NCBI GenBank assembly: GCA_964385105.1
Contig: CAYLMU010000001.1
Coordinates: 66,252-130,251 of the forward strand
Source of the DNA: an uncultured Candidatus Saccharibacteria bacterium
Lineage (GTDB): Bacteria > Patescibacteriota > WWE3 > UBA101185 > UBA10185
Direction of reading: 5' to 3'
DNA length: 64,000 bases
Program-made: the position numbers and the translations under genes
The notes under the pieces: model-generated
Database searches by the model: none
The model's input: only the letters and a program-made list of their open reading frames with translations
What the model was told of the DNA's origin: nothing
Part shown: piece after piece, positions 8,888 to 18,257 of the stretch
How positions within the stretch are numbered: the stretch's first letter is position 1
How the letters are laid out: each line of letters starts with the position of its first letter

Positions 8888-10621
8888 ATGCCCATTAACG
8901 ATGTACAAAAAACCAATAAACAACACGCTGTACCTCAAAACATAATGGATGTTGAATTCAAAATAATAGGGGATCTTACTATGCGGCAGTTTTTTTACCT
9001 TTTGGTTTTTTTTGGATTTGCATATTCTATTTTTACTTTGTATAACGGTTTTCTTAAATGGCCATTAATTTTATTTTTAGTATGTGCAGGGTTGGCATTT
9101 GCCTTTTTGCCAATAGAGGAGAGAAGTCTAGATCAATGGGTTGTTAATTCATTTAGGGCCATTTATAAAGACACACAATACGTATGGCGTAAAACCCCTG
9201 AAATACCTCCGGCATTTTCGTTTGAAAATATGAGTGTTGTTAAACAAGAATTAATTACTTTAACACCTACATCAAGTAGAAGAAAGCTTGAAGAATTTTT
9301 AGAAGCTCAAACAGATAAAACCGTTATCGACCCTTTGGACATTCCGGAAGTTTCTTATATAAAAATGGTTAGACAGGGGTTTAAAAATGCCGCGCCGGTA
9401 ATAGAAGTGGAAGGTGAGGTTGAACCAACATTTCCGGCATATGATGAGTCTGCCAAAAATCAGGCACAATCTTCAGAAGAACCAACACAAAACGTTCCTG
9501 TGCAAGAAGTGCCACTACAAACCCCGTCAACATCTACACCTGCACCTATACAACCGGAACCTGCTAAACAATCCATATCCACTGACACACCAAAACAAGA
9601 TCAGCCACAACAAAAACCCACAAAACCTCCTGAAGAGAAAAAGCACCATCACCCATCAATAAAACTTCCAAAACTTCCTCATGTACCACGTCCGCTATTG
9701 CCAAAACATGTAGATGAACCTATTGAGGTATCAAAAGGGCCATTCCTTGCACCGATTACGCCCGATCAGCACTCAGGCCGAAAATTCACAAGTTTATTAC
9801 CAAAACAAGGGGAAATTATCTTGCCAATCAGAGGAGAAACGGTAATACAAACTACGGAAGAGGCGGAAATTGAAGAAGATATTGAAGAAAAAGCAGAACA
9901 ATTAAGAAAACTTTTATCTCATATACGACAAACCGAAAATATTCCTGAAACCACAAGAATTGAAAGCCAAATTGAAGAGAAATCTATAGACATAAAACCA
10001 GATGAAAAAGAAGCAATACAGCCCGAAGTTCAAGACACACTCGAGCAATTAAAAAGAGACAATGAAAGATTAAAAAAAGAAATTGAACAGTTAAAACGCG
10101 AAATAACCAAACCTCAAACATCAACCGAAAGGTCTGAGAAAATTACAACGTTAAAGCGTCTTGAACACGAACAGCATGAAAAAGAAGAGGCATATTCTTT
10201 GATTAAAAATAAACTTTCAAACATCCAGGAAAAAATATTTGTAAAACGTCAACCTGAATCTGAAAATATAAGTAATGAAAATGACGTACAGGAATGGAGT
10301 ACGCCTTCTAATGCAGTTGAACCTACATATGCTAAAATGAAACCCTTAAACGAAACACCGAATTTATTATCGGGTGTAGTTGTTGACCCGGCAGATAAAA
10401 GACTTGAGGGAATAATTTTAATAGTTAAAAATAACAAAGACGAGCCGGTTAGAGCTTTAAAAACAAATCAAACCGGACAATTTAGCATAAGCACACCGTT
10501 AGCTAATGGAGTTTATACTGTTGAAACAGATAAATCGAAACGAACTAACTATACCTTTGATATAATTAAAATCGTTACAAAAGGAGAGGTAATCCCTCCT
10601 ATAGAAATAAAAGGAAAATAA
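8888..10621 (+). CDS. PrgI-family (VirB3-like) protein with Pro-rich linker, coiled coil and C-terminal carboxypeptidase-regulatory-like beta domain
   Basis: HAVPQNIMDVEFKIIGDLTMRQF PrgI-type N-terminus with 2 TM; C-terminal PNLLSGVV...VRALKTNQTGQF...PLANGVY. Confidence 0.75.
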   Translation: MPINDVQKTNKQHAVPQNIMDVEFKIIGDLTMRQFFYLLVFFGFAYSIFTLYNGFLKWPLILFLVCAGLAFAFLPIEERSLDQWVVNSFRAIYKDTQYVWRKTPEIPPAFSFENMSVVKQELITLTPTSSRRKLEEFLEAQTDKTVIDPLDIPEVSYIKMVRQGFKNAAPVIEVEGEVEPTFPAYDESAKNQAQSSEEPTQNVPVQEVPLQTPSTSTPAPIQPEPAKQSISTDTPKQDQPQQKPTKPPEEKKHHHPSIKLPKLPHVPRPLLPKHVDEPIEVSKGPFLAPITPDQHSGRKFTSLLPKQGEIILPIRGETVIQTTEEAEIEEDIEEKAEQLRKLLSHIRQTENIPETTRIESQIEEKSIDIKPDEKEAIQPEVQDTLEQLKRDNERLKKEIEQLKREITKPQTSTERSEKITTLKRLEHEQHEKEEAYSLIKNKLSNIQEKIFVKRQPESENISNENDVQEWSTPSNAVEPTYAKMKPLNETPNLLSGVVVDPADKRLEGIILIVKNNKDEPVRALKTNQTGQFSISTPLANGVYTVETDKSKRTNYTFDIIKIVTKGEVIPPIEIKGK

Positions 10622-10622
10622 C

Positions 10623-11321
10623 ATGCCCATGATTAAAGCTACTACACAACAACATCTCGATATTGAAGACATTAAAGACAACATGGTTATTTTAAAAAAC
10701 GGGGCTGTTAGTGTAGTTCTTGAAACAACAGCCGTTAACTTTGACCTGTTATCCGAAATTGAACAAGACGCTATGATTGCAGCATTTTCTATGTTGTTAA
10801 ACTCAATATCGTTTCCAATTCAGGTTGTTGTGAGATCAAAAAGACTTGATATAACAAAATATCTTGAAAAAGTGCATAGGGTAGAGCAAAAAATAACCGA
10901 CCCGCTTCTTAAAATCCAGGCTCAATATTACCGCAAATTCGTACAGGAAGTTATTGAAAAAAATGATGTATTAGATAAAAAATTTTATGTGGTTATAAGC
11001 TATGGAGGCTCAGGTACGGTACAAACAGGCAAAAACCCGTTTGACTGGGTTTTGGTTTTGTTTGGTCTGCACAACCGTCGCACAAATGTAGACGTGGAAA
11101 GTGTTTTGCAAAAAGCACGTACAGATTTGGGGCCAAAAATTGACCACGTTTCTGCGGAATTTAACAGACTTGGAGTAAAAACCCGACAATTGAGCACACA
11201 AGAGTTGGTTGAATTATACTTTGATATATACAACCCAACAACGCTACACGGCCAAAGAATAAGAACAAGTGTAAGTGATTATAAAACAGCAATAGTAAAT
11301 CCTGCTATAGTTGAGGAATAA
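10623..11321 (+). CDS. Conserved CPR T4SS protein resembling the N-terminal domain of TraC/VirB4
   Basis: ATTQQHLDIEDIKD...AVNFDLLSEIEQDAMI...LLNSISFPIQ...SKRLDI motif, located between the prgI-like gene and virB4. Confidence 0.65.
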   Translation: MPMIKATTQQHLDIEDIKDNMVILKNGAVSVVLETTAVNFDLLSEIEQDAMIAAFSMLLNSISFPIQVVVRSKRLDITKYLEKVHRVEQKITDPLLKIQAQYYRKFVQEVIEKNDVLDKKFYVVISYGGSGTVQTGKNPFDWVLVLFGLHNRRTNVDVESVLQKARTDLGPKIDHVSAEFNRLGVKTRQLSTQELVELYFDIYNPTTLHGQRIRTSVSDYKTAIVNPAIVEE

Positions 11322-11323
11322 AT

Positions 11324-13312
11324 ATGAAAATACCTGCAGTAACTTTATTTAAAAAAAAGCATAAAGAACAACCTGATACTCAAGCACAAGCACAAGTCAC
11401 AGAACCTGCAAATCAAAAAAAGCCTGCTGAAGTTTTGGCTGAAGGAATGATTAACGTAAAAGACATTATTGCGCCGCCGGCAATTGAAGTTGATTTTAAT
11501 TTTTTAAGGATAGGCAATACTTATTACAGAACTTTGTTTGTATCAGGTTATCCAAGGTTTGTGGGCGCCAACTGGTTATCGCCTGTGATTAACTTTGACC
11601 ACTCTCTTGATCTTTCAATGTTTTATTATCCTGTTGAATCAAAAGGAATTCTTGATGACTTAAGAAGAAAAATTACCGAAATGGAAGCTACAAGCATGTC
11701 TAATAGAGAAAAGGGTAAAATTAGCGACCCTACAGTAGAAATTGCATTAGGGGATGCTAAAGCTTTGCAGGAACAATTGGTAAAAGGTGTTGAGAAATTC
11801 TTTCAGTTTTCTTTTTATATCACTATACCCGCCGACTCGCTTGATGAACTTGAAAAAGTAACTAAGAAGCTTGAAGCCACACTCGGCTCACTTTTGTTAA
11901 TTTCAAAAACATCTACATTACAAATGGAAGACGCTTTTCAATCAACAATTCCCGCTGCCATGGATAAAATGCTTATCACAAGAAACATGGATACTACCAG
12001 TTTAGCTACAACATTTCCATTCACATCATCCGACCTTACATCAGACGAAGGAATAATGTACGGAATAAACAGGCACAATGGGTCATTAATTGTTTTTGAC
12101 AGGTTTTCGCTTGAAAATGCAAATAGTGTAGTATTTGCTAAATCCGGTGCCGGTAAATCATACATGATAAAACTTGAAGCATTGCGATTGATGGTATTTG
12201 GAGCAGAGATACTAATTATCGACCCCGAAGAGGAATACAGAGCATTGTGTGATGCTGTAGGGGGTAATTATATTAGCTTCGCAGCAAACTCCCCATCAAA
12301 AATAAATCCTTTTGACCTATCGGGAATTGCAACTGAAGGTGAAAACGAATTGGGTCAAAAACTTTTATCTTTACACACACTATTTAAGCTAATGTTGGGC
12401 GATCTTAATCCAACAGAAGAAGCGTTACTTGACCGTGCTTTAATGGAAACTTACAGAATAAAAGGTATAACAACCGATCCTGATACACAACGTTCAAAAG
12501 AGCCTCCAATTATGGAAGATTTATATAAAGTGCTGTTAGGAGCTGAAGAACCCGAAGCAAGAAGTATGGCTGAAAGACTTGAAAAATACATTAAAGGTTC
12601 GTTAACAGGTATATTTGACAATCAGTCCACAGTTAACCTCGGCAGTAGAATGACGGTATTTTCAACACGTAATCTGGAAGATATATTAAAACCCATTGCC
12701 TACTACATAATTCTTGATTTTGTGTGGACAAGAATTAAAAAGGATTTAAAAAAGCGTATATTAATTGTTGAAGAAGCATGGTCTTTGCTTCAAGACGAGG
12801 ACAGTGCAAGATTTTTATATGGTGTAGCAAAAAGAGCTAGAAAATACTATTTAGGTCTTACAACCATTACCCAGGACGTCCAGGACTTTCTAAGTTCTGA
12901 TTTTGGGAAAGCTATTGTTACAAACTCATCCATACAAATTTTATTAAAACAGCATCCGGCCTCAATTGACCAAATAGCCGAAACATTTTACCTATCTGAA
13001 GGAGAAAGAAGACTTTTACTATCTGCAGATAAAGGTGAAGGATTATTTTTTGCAGGTTCAAATCACGTTTCAGTTAAAGTAAAGGCTTCTGACGCTGAAC
13101 ATAAATTAATAACTACAAACCCGCAGGAAATTCTTGAAATGAGAAATGAACAGATTAATAAAGCTTCTGTTGATTTGCAAAAACCTGTTTACAAACCGTT
13201 TGAGCGCTTTGAGAGTAGCAAATATGATGAAATCGAAACACCACAGCAAAACCCGCAAACAAACAATGAACCAAACACTTTTCCTCAAAATCCCGAAGAA
13301 CAGTTAGCTTAG
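11324..13312 (+). CDS. virB4: VirB4-family conjugative-type ATPase (DUF87/TraG-like)
   Basis: NANSVVFAKSGAGKS Walker A, IIDPEEEY, INPFD, ILIVEEAW Walker B, RARKY, TITQDVQDF. Confidence 0.9.
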   Translation: MKIPAVTLFKKKHKEQPDTQAQAQVTEPANQKKPAEVLAEGMINVKDIIAPPAIEVDFNFLRIGNTYYRTLFVSGYPRFVGANWLSPVINFDHSLDLSMFYYPVESKGILDDLRRKITEMEATSMSNREKGKISDPTVEIALGDAKALQEQLVKGVEKFFQFSFYITIPADSLDELEKVTKKLEATLGSLLLISKTSTLQMEDAFQSTIPAAMDKMLITRNMDTTSLATTFPFTSSDLTSDEGIMYGINRHNGSLIVFDRFSLENANSVVFAKSGAGKSYMIKLEALRLMVFGAEILIIDPEEEYRALCDAVGGNYISFAANSPSKINPFDLSGIATEGENELGQKLLSLHTLFKLMLGDLNPTEEALLDRALMETYRIKGITTDPDTQRSKEPPIMEDLYKVLLGAEEPEARSMAERLEKYIKGSLTGIFDNQSTVNLGSRMTVFSTRNLEDILKPIAYYIILDFVWTRIKKDLKKRILIVEEAWSLLQDEDSARFLYGVAKRARKYYLGLTTITQDVQDFLSSDFGKAIVTNSSIQILLKQHPASIDQIAETFYLSEGERRLLLSADKGEGLFFAGSNHVSVKVKASDAEHKLITTNPQEILEMRNEQINKASVDLQKPVYKPFERFESSKYDEIETPQQNPQTNNEPNTFPQNPEEQLA

Positions 13313-14433
13313 TTATTAATATGCATGGGAGCCATAACATGCAAGAATACAGTGTTTTCAGCCGGTTTTATTAAACATGGAGTAACATTGTCGTTGGCAT
13401 GAAAAATCAGCTTCTCAAATTTATTGTTTGATAGAAAATCAAGCAAAAATCTAGCGTTAAACATAATTTCCAGCTCCTTTTCCATCTCGCCTAAAACTTC
13501 TGCAGAAAATTCGGTGTGATTTTCACCTGTTTCTTGAGCCGAAGATGTTACCCTTATATAACCCTCAGGGCTAATAATTAATTTTAAAGTATTATTTTCA
13601 TCCTTTTTTGAAAAAACGTGAGTGAGTTTAACAGCCTCAAATAAGTCCTGAGACATAAATGCTGCCTGCACACTTGTTTGGGATGGAATTATACGTTTGT
13701 AATCAGGATACATTCCATCAATAACCCTTGTAGCTATAACCGTATCTTCACATTCAAAAATACACAAATTTTCATTCTCATTAAGATATACTTTTATATT
13801 TTCTCCACAACTGCTAAAAATCCGGGCTGTTTCAAGTAGTGTTTTTGCCGGGAGAATCAACGAGAAACTTTCGGCTTGGGATTCAATATTTAAAATTCGT
13901 TCGCTTAGCCTAAATCCGTCGGAAGCGGCAATATATAAATTACCTTCATTGTAATTTAAGTAAATTCCTGTAAATATAGGCCTTGAACTGTCGTTTGAAA
14001 CGGCAAAGCCAACCTGAGACACAGCTTCTGCAAACTCTTTTGGTGAAATTTCAAATAACGGGTTTGACGTTGTTACTTCAGGCAAAGTAGGGTAATCAAC
14101 CGAATTTATGCCGTTTATTTTAGATTTTGTCTTTCCGGCGGTAATATGCACAATATCGTTTTCCATACTGATTACAACCTGATCGCTTGATAAATTTGAT
14201 ATAAATTCGGAAAGAATCCTTGCAGGTACAGTCACAGAACCTTCTTCTTCAATAGAAGCTCCTACAAATGATGTTATGGTGGTATCAAGGTCGGTACCGG
14301 CAATTTGCAGACGTCCGTCTTTTGAAACTATAAGCACGTTAGACAACACAGGCATCGAGTGCTTAATCGGCACAGCTTTAGATACAATACCGAGACTTTT
14401 AACTAAGTTTTCTTTTAGGCAAGTAAATTTCAT
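13309..14433 (-). CDS. dnaN: DNA polymerase III beta sliding clamp
   Basis: PVLSNVL, GTDLD, SRPIFTG, AASDGFRL, GMYPDYKRIIP, FNARFLLD, C-terminal VMAPM; 374 aa. Confidence 0.97.
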   Translation of the reverse strand: MKFTCLKENLVKSLGIVSKAVPIKHSMPVLSNVLIVSKDGRLQIAGTDLDTTITSFVGASIEEEGSVTVPARILSEFISNLSSDQVVISMENDIVHITAGKTKSKINGINSVDYPTLPEVTTSNPLFEISPKEFAEAVSQVGFAVSNDSSRPIFTGIYLNYNEGNLYIAASDGFRLSERILNIESQAESFSLILPAKTLLETARIFSSCGENIKVYLNENENLCIFECEDTVIATRVIDGMYPDYKRIIPSQTSVQAAFMSQDLFEAVKLTHVFSKKDENNTLKLIISPEGYIRVTSSAQETGENHTEFSAEVLGEMEKELEIMFNARFLLDFLSNNKFEKLIFHANDNVTPCLIKPAENTVFLHVMAPMHINN

Positions 14434-14442
14434 AAATATATT

Positions 14443-14895
14443 TTAATCAGTTGGCTTTAAAACTATATGTCTGTCAAAACCCTCGCCGATACTAAAGGTT
14501 TCAATATCATCATAGCCGCTTATAAACTCATGAATGTGTTTTCTCTCATATGCAGTCATTGGAGGTAAATGTACTTCTTCTTTAAAAAAACGTGCTCTGT
14601 CAATATAGCTTTTTGCCATTAATTCAAGCTTTTCTTCTTTTGCATCAACATAATTATTTATATCAACGGTAATATTTTTCCACTCACCAAATTTTCTATG
14701 CACAGCTAAACTTAAAAAATGCTGTAGACCACTTAATGAAGTACCGCGATAACCGATTAAAAAACTTAAGTCATCACCTTTAATGTCAATGTTTATAGCA
14801 TCACCATCCGCACTTACCTCAAATGTAGGCTCAATTTTTAAATGCGAAAAAACTTCTTTTAAGGTGTTTTTTATAAATTCGTTAATTTCCTGCAT
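14443..14895 (-). CDS. jag: Jag/EloR (KhpB)-like KH-R3H RNA-binding protein, short form
   Basis: LIGYRGTSL KH GxxG loop, PPMTAYERKHIH R3H motif, downstream of yidC. Confidence 0.9.
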   Translation of the reverse strand: MQEINEFIKNTLKEVFSHLKIEPTFEVSADGDAINIDIKGDDLSFLIGYRGTSLSGLQHFLSLAVHRKFGEWKNITVDINNYVDAKEEKLELMAKSYIDRARFFKEEVHLPPMTAYERKHIHEFISGYDDIETFSIGEGFDRHIVLKPTD

Positions 14896-15643
14896 TTTGC
14901 TTTTTTGTTCTTTTTCCTAAAACTAAATATGTTTGGGCAAGTGAAAAGACTGTTGTAGTTAAGAAATATAATACAGCCCCTGCCGGCAGTGAAATACTTA
15001 TAATTACAGATATTACTGGCATTACATATAACATCTGCTCCTGCATATTATACGCAATATCATCCGTTTTGTCAGGAGTTTGCTCGGCTATTTTTTCGGC
15101 TTTTTTAGTAAACCCTAATGACATTTTAGAAGTAAAAAACTGAAGTATTCCAACTGACAAAGCCAAAATATAAGGAAACCCTTCCGGTTTGGTAAGATCA
15201 AACCATAAAAATTCCGTATTAATTGTACTTGTGGTGAATTTAACAAAATCAAAGTAAAGTTCATGGTTCAATGACATCATGTCTTCTGTTCTGGAAATTA
15301 TAGATATTGCATTGTACAAAGCATAAATCACAATAAACATGGGTATTTGTGTTAAACATCCTGCAGCAGGATTTAGGCCATGTTCTTTAAAAAGTTCCAT
15401 TTGTGCTTCCGCCTGCTTTTTTTTGTTATTTTTGTATTTTTCTTTGATTTTATCTATTTGAGGTTGTAATTCACGCTGCTTTTTCATTTGCCTCATAGAT
15501 GGTACGAGTGTGGGTATTAGAATTACTCTAACTATAATTGTTAATAAAATAATGGCTATACCTAAATTTCCGGTTAATTGGTATAAACCGGCCAAAGTAT
15601 TTAATATTGGTTCAACTAAAATTGTGTGTAAAAATCCGCTCAT
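14882..15643 (-). CDS. yidC: Membrane protein insertase YidC/Oxa1 (short monoderm-type)
   Basis: GIAIILLTIIVR, LQPQIDKIKEKY, NPAAGCL, QIP, FLWFDL, LPAGAVLY. Confidence 0.95.
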   Translation of the reverse strand: MSGFLHTILVEPILNTLAGLYQLTGNLGIAIILLTIIVRVILIPTLVPSMRQMKKQRELQPQIDKIKEKYKNNKKKQAEAQMELFKEHGLNPAAGCLTQIPMFIVIYALYNAISIISRTEDMMSLNHELYFDFVKFTTSTINTEFLWFDLTKPEGFPYILALSVGILQFFTSKMSLGFTKKAEKIAEQTPDKTDDIAYNMQEQMLYVMPVISVIISISLPAGAVLYFLTTTVFSLAQTYLVLGKRTKKQNAGN

Positions 15644-15645
15644 AA

Positions 15646-15861
15646 TTATTTAACAGGGTCGTAACCGCCCTTACTAAAGGGGTTGCATCTTATAACTCTC
15701 CAAACACCCATTAAACCACCTTTAAAAATACCATATTTTTCTACAGCTTCATAAGTGTAGCGAGAACAGCTTGGCTCAAAACGGCATAATTTAATTCCGT
15801 ATCTACCTGGAGAAAGGTAAGTTTTGTAAAACCTTAGTAAAGTCAGAATTAAGCTCTTCAT
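15646..15861 (-). CDS. yidD: Membrane protein insertion efficiency factor
   Basis: CRFEPSCSRY...RCNPFSKGGYDPV. Confidence 0.95.
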   Translation of the reverse strand: MKSLILTLLRFYKTYLSPGRYGIKLCRFEPSCSRYTYEAVEKYGIFKGGLMGVWRVIRCNPFSKGGYDPVK

Positions 15862-16162
15862 AACTTTTTCCTAAAACTTTATACTTTGGATACAATACTA
15901 TCCAATAACCATTTTCTATTTTATCAAGATTATTTCTTATTATTTCTCTAAACAATCTTTTTATTCTGTTTCTTTTAGCCGAAGATTTATGTATACGATT
16001 TGAAACTACAATACCAAATTTAGACGGACCCTCATAATTATAGGGCTTTATATAATTTATAAAAAAAAGGTCTCCGGAAGACGAGGTTTTATGTTTTTCA
16101 GATAAATACTTAACTTTTCTGAACTCATAATTTGACCTCAAGCGATTATCACTGGGTAACAT
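15803..16162 (-). CDS. rnpA: Ribonuclease P protein component
   Basis: NRLRSNYEF, FGIVVS, KRNRIKRLFRE (RNR motif), canonical position after rpmH. Confidence 0.95.
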   Translation of the reverse strand: MLPSDNRLRSNYEFRKVKYLSEKHKTSSSGDLFFINYIKPYNYEGPSKFGIVVSNRIHKSSAKRNRIKRLFREIIRNNLDKIENGYWIVLYPKYKVLGKSYEELNSDFTKVLQNLPFSR

Positions 16163-16171
16163 GCTATAAAG

Positions 16172-16324
16172 TTACTTCTTTTTTAGAAGAACAACAAGTT
16201 TTTTTCTACCTTTTGCACGTCGATTTTTAAGAACACGTTTTCCGCCGGGCGAGGCCATGCGTTTTAAAAATCCGTGTTTTTTTACTCTTTTTCTTTTTTT
16301 TGGTTGCCAAGTTCTTTTAGGCAT
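16172..16324 (-). CDS. rpmH: 50S ribosomal protein L34 (start reassigned to ATG 16324)
   Basis: [23 protein letters not shown]...[16 protein letters not shown]. Confidence 0.97.
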   Translation of the reverse strand: MPKRTWQPKKRKRVKKHGFLKRMASPGGKRVLKNRRAKGRKKLVVLLKKK

Positions 16325-16402
16325 AACAACAGGCATATTAAAGCAATTAAGGTAATTAGTCAACAAAAGAAAGCGTAGTTCTAACCATAATTGCTTTATT
16401 TA

Positions 16403-16431
16403 TGTGGATAACATTTATAGACTTATACACA
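16403..16431. promoter_or_regulatory. Two DnaA boxes directly upstream of dnaA (autoregulation or bipartite origin part)
   Basis: TGTGGATAA at 16403-16411 and TTATACACA at 16423-16431; the second abuts ATG 16432. Confidence 0.8.
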
Positions 16432-17835
16432 ATGACACAGGTTTTACTAGACGAAAAAAAACTTTGGAAAGCAGTACTGGCAGAAATGGAAGTTAACTTT
16501 TCGGGTACTAACTATAATGTCTGGCTTTCAAACACACGGGCACAAAATTTAACTGAAAACACATTAGACGTGGTTTGTCCTAATTCATTTGCCCGGGAGC
16601 GGGTAGAAAAGCTGTTCAGACCTTTTTTAGAAGAAAGTGTCAGTAAAATTACAAGAAGAAAAATAGATTTGGTGTTTAAGGTAGGTTCCGTAGAAACTGA
16701 CAACTTACAAAATAAATCCAAAACAAAAAATGATGAAACTCCTTTATTTAAAAAAATTGAAAGCAATGAACAAAATATAGTACCCGCCTCAGACTTTGGG
16801 CTTAACATAACATACACTTTTGAAAATTATTTAATGGGAAACACTAATAGACTGGCCTATGCTATAGCATCATCAATAGCAGATAACCCCGGAAAATTAC
16901 ATAATCCGTTTTTTTTGTATGCAGGTGTTGGGCTTGGAAAAACTCACCTTATACAGGCAATAGGCAACAAAGTATTAAAAGACAAACCGGGATTAAAAAT
17001 TCTTTACTGTACTGGCGAGCAATTTACAAATGAATTAATTGAAGCTCTTCAAAAAGGTAAATCAAAAGGTAAATATAGTTCAGACCAATTTAGAAAAAAA
17101 TATCGAAGCGCCGATGTATTAATAATTGATGATATTCAGTTTATTGCAGGCAAAGAAGCGACTCAAGAAGAATTTTTTCACACATTCAACGATTTATACA
17201 TGAATCAAAAGCAAATAGTCTTAGCTTCAGACCGAAACCCCGAAGAATTTAAAAACATAGAAGAACGACTCACATCAAGATTTAAAAGCGGAATAATGGC
17301 CGACATACAATCTCCTGATTACGAATTACGAACAGCCATATTAAGACACAAAAGAGATAAAAATAAAGATAACATACAAAACGAAGTACTTGATTTTATA
17401 GCAGAAAATATAACAACCAACATTAGAGAATTAGAAGGAGCGTATAACCAGGTGTTAACTTATTCAAAAGCAACCGGAGAAATTCTTAATGTGGCAACGG
17501 CAAAAACAGCATTAGGAAATATAGTACAAGATAAAAGATCAAAACCTGTAAATTTAAATACAATATTAAAAGCAGTGTGCAACTATTATTCAATCACACA
17601 GACTGAGATAAAAGGCAAGAGAAGAAATAAAGAAGTGGTTATTCCAAGGCAAATAGCTATGTTTTTAATTTATGATCTTACTGAAACACCGTATTTAAGT
17701 ATAGGAGAATTTTTGGGAGGCCGGGATCATACCACTATAATGCACGGGGTATCTAAAATCGAAACTGAAATGAAAAATGACACAAAAATGAAACAGGATG
17801 TGTTAAATATTAAACAGTTTATATATCAAAACTAA
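16432..17835 (+). CDS. dnaA: Chromosomal replication initiator DnaA (probable start 16432)
   Basis: YTFENY, NPFFLYAGVGLGKTHL, LIIDDIQF, TQEEFFHTFN, NIRELEGA, GGRDHTTIMHG. Confidence 0.98.
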   Translation: MTQVLLDEKKLWKAVLAEMEVNFSGTNYNVWLSNTRAQNLTENTLDVVCPNSFARERVEKLFRPFLEESVSKITRRKIDLVFKVGSVETDNLQNKSKTKNDETPLFKKIESNEQNIVPASDFGLNITYTFENYLMGNTNRLAYAIASSIADNPGKLHNPFFLYAGVGLGKTHLIQAIGNKVLKDKPGLKILYCTGEQFTNELIEALQKGKSKGKYSSDQFRKKYRSADVLIIDDIQFIAGKEATQEEFFHTFNDLYMNQKQIVLASDRNPEEFKNIEERLTSRFKSGIMADIQSPDYELRTAILRHKRDKNKDNIQNEVLDFIAENITTNIRELEGAYNQVLTYSKATGEILNVATAKTALGNIVQDKRSKPVNLNTILKAVCNYYSITQTEIKGKRRNKEVVIPRQIAMFLIYDLTETPYLSIGEFLGGRDHTTIMHGVSKIETEMKNDTKMKQDVLNIKQFIYQN

Positions 17836-18257
17836 ATTATCCACAAAAGAACAATAAATATAATGTAAAAGTCTATTATTAATTTTAAATACACCTTTTT
17901 TCAATAAACAATAAAAGTGGATAAAAAGTTGTTAAACATAGGATAAGTACACCAGCAAAAAGAACAACTAGCACGAAGCTGAAAAAAGGTATGGAAAAGT
18001 GCTTAGGTAATCCACCAAGTTATCCACATAAATGAATACTTTATCAACATAAAAATTCATGCTTAAACCAACATCAAAAGCACTTCAATAACTAAGTAAA
18101 ACTGTCAATAAGATATTTGCAACATTTACACACAACACAACACCTAAAAACAAAGCAATAGCAGCAAAATATCACATATACTACTTATACACATGTTCTA
18201 CTATAACTACTTCTTTTTTTATAAATAAATAATACTGATGCTAGAATTGGATAACTT
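17836..18257. other. Replication origin oriC
   Basis: Non-coding 420 bp after dnaA. Perfect boxes TTATCCACA 17837-17845 and 18020-18028, TTATACACA 18185-18193; near-matches 17916-17924 and 18041-18049. Trios CTACTATAACTACTTCTT 18198-18215 and an AT tract to about 18234. Visible switch from C/A-rich to G/T-rich top strand. Confidence 0.88.

Noticed and set aside
995-13312. Integrative conjugative element
   Set aside because: No relaxase, coupling protein, integrase or flanking att repeats are seen. Composition matches the core and the locus overlaps dnaN.
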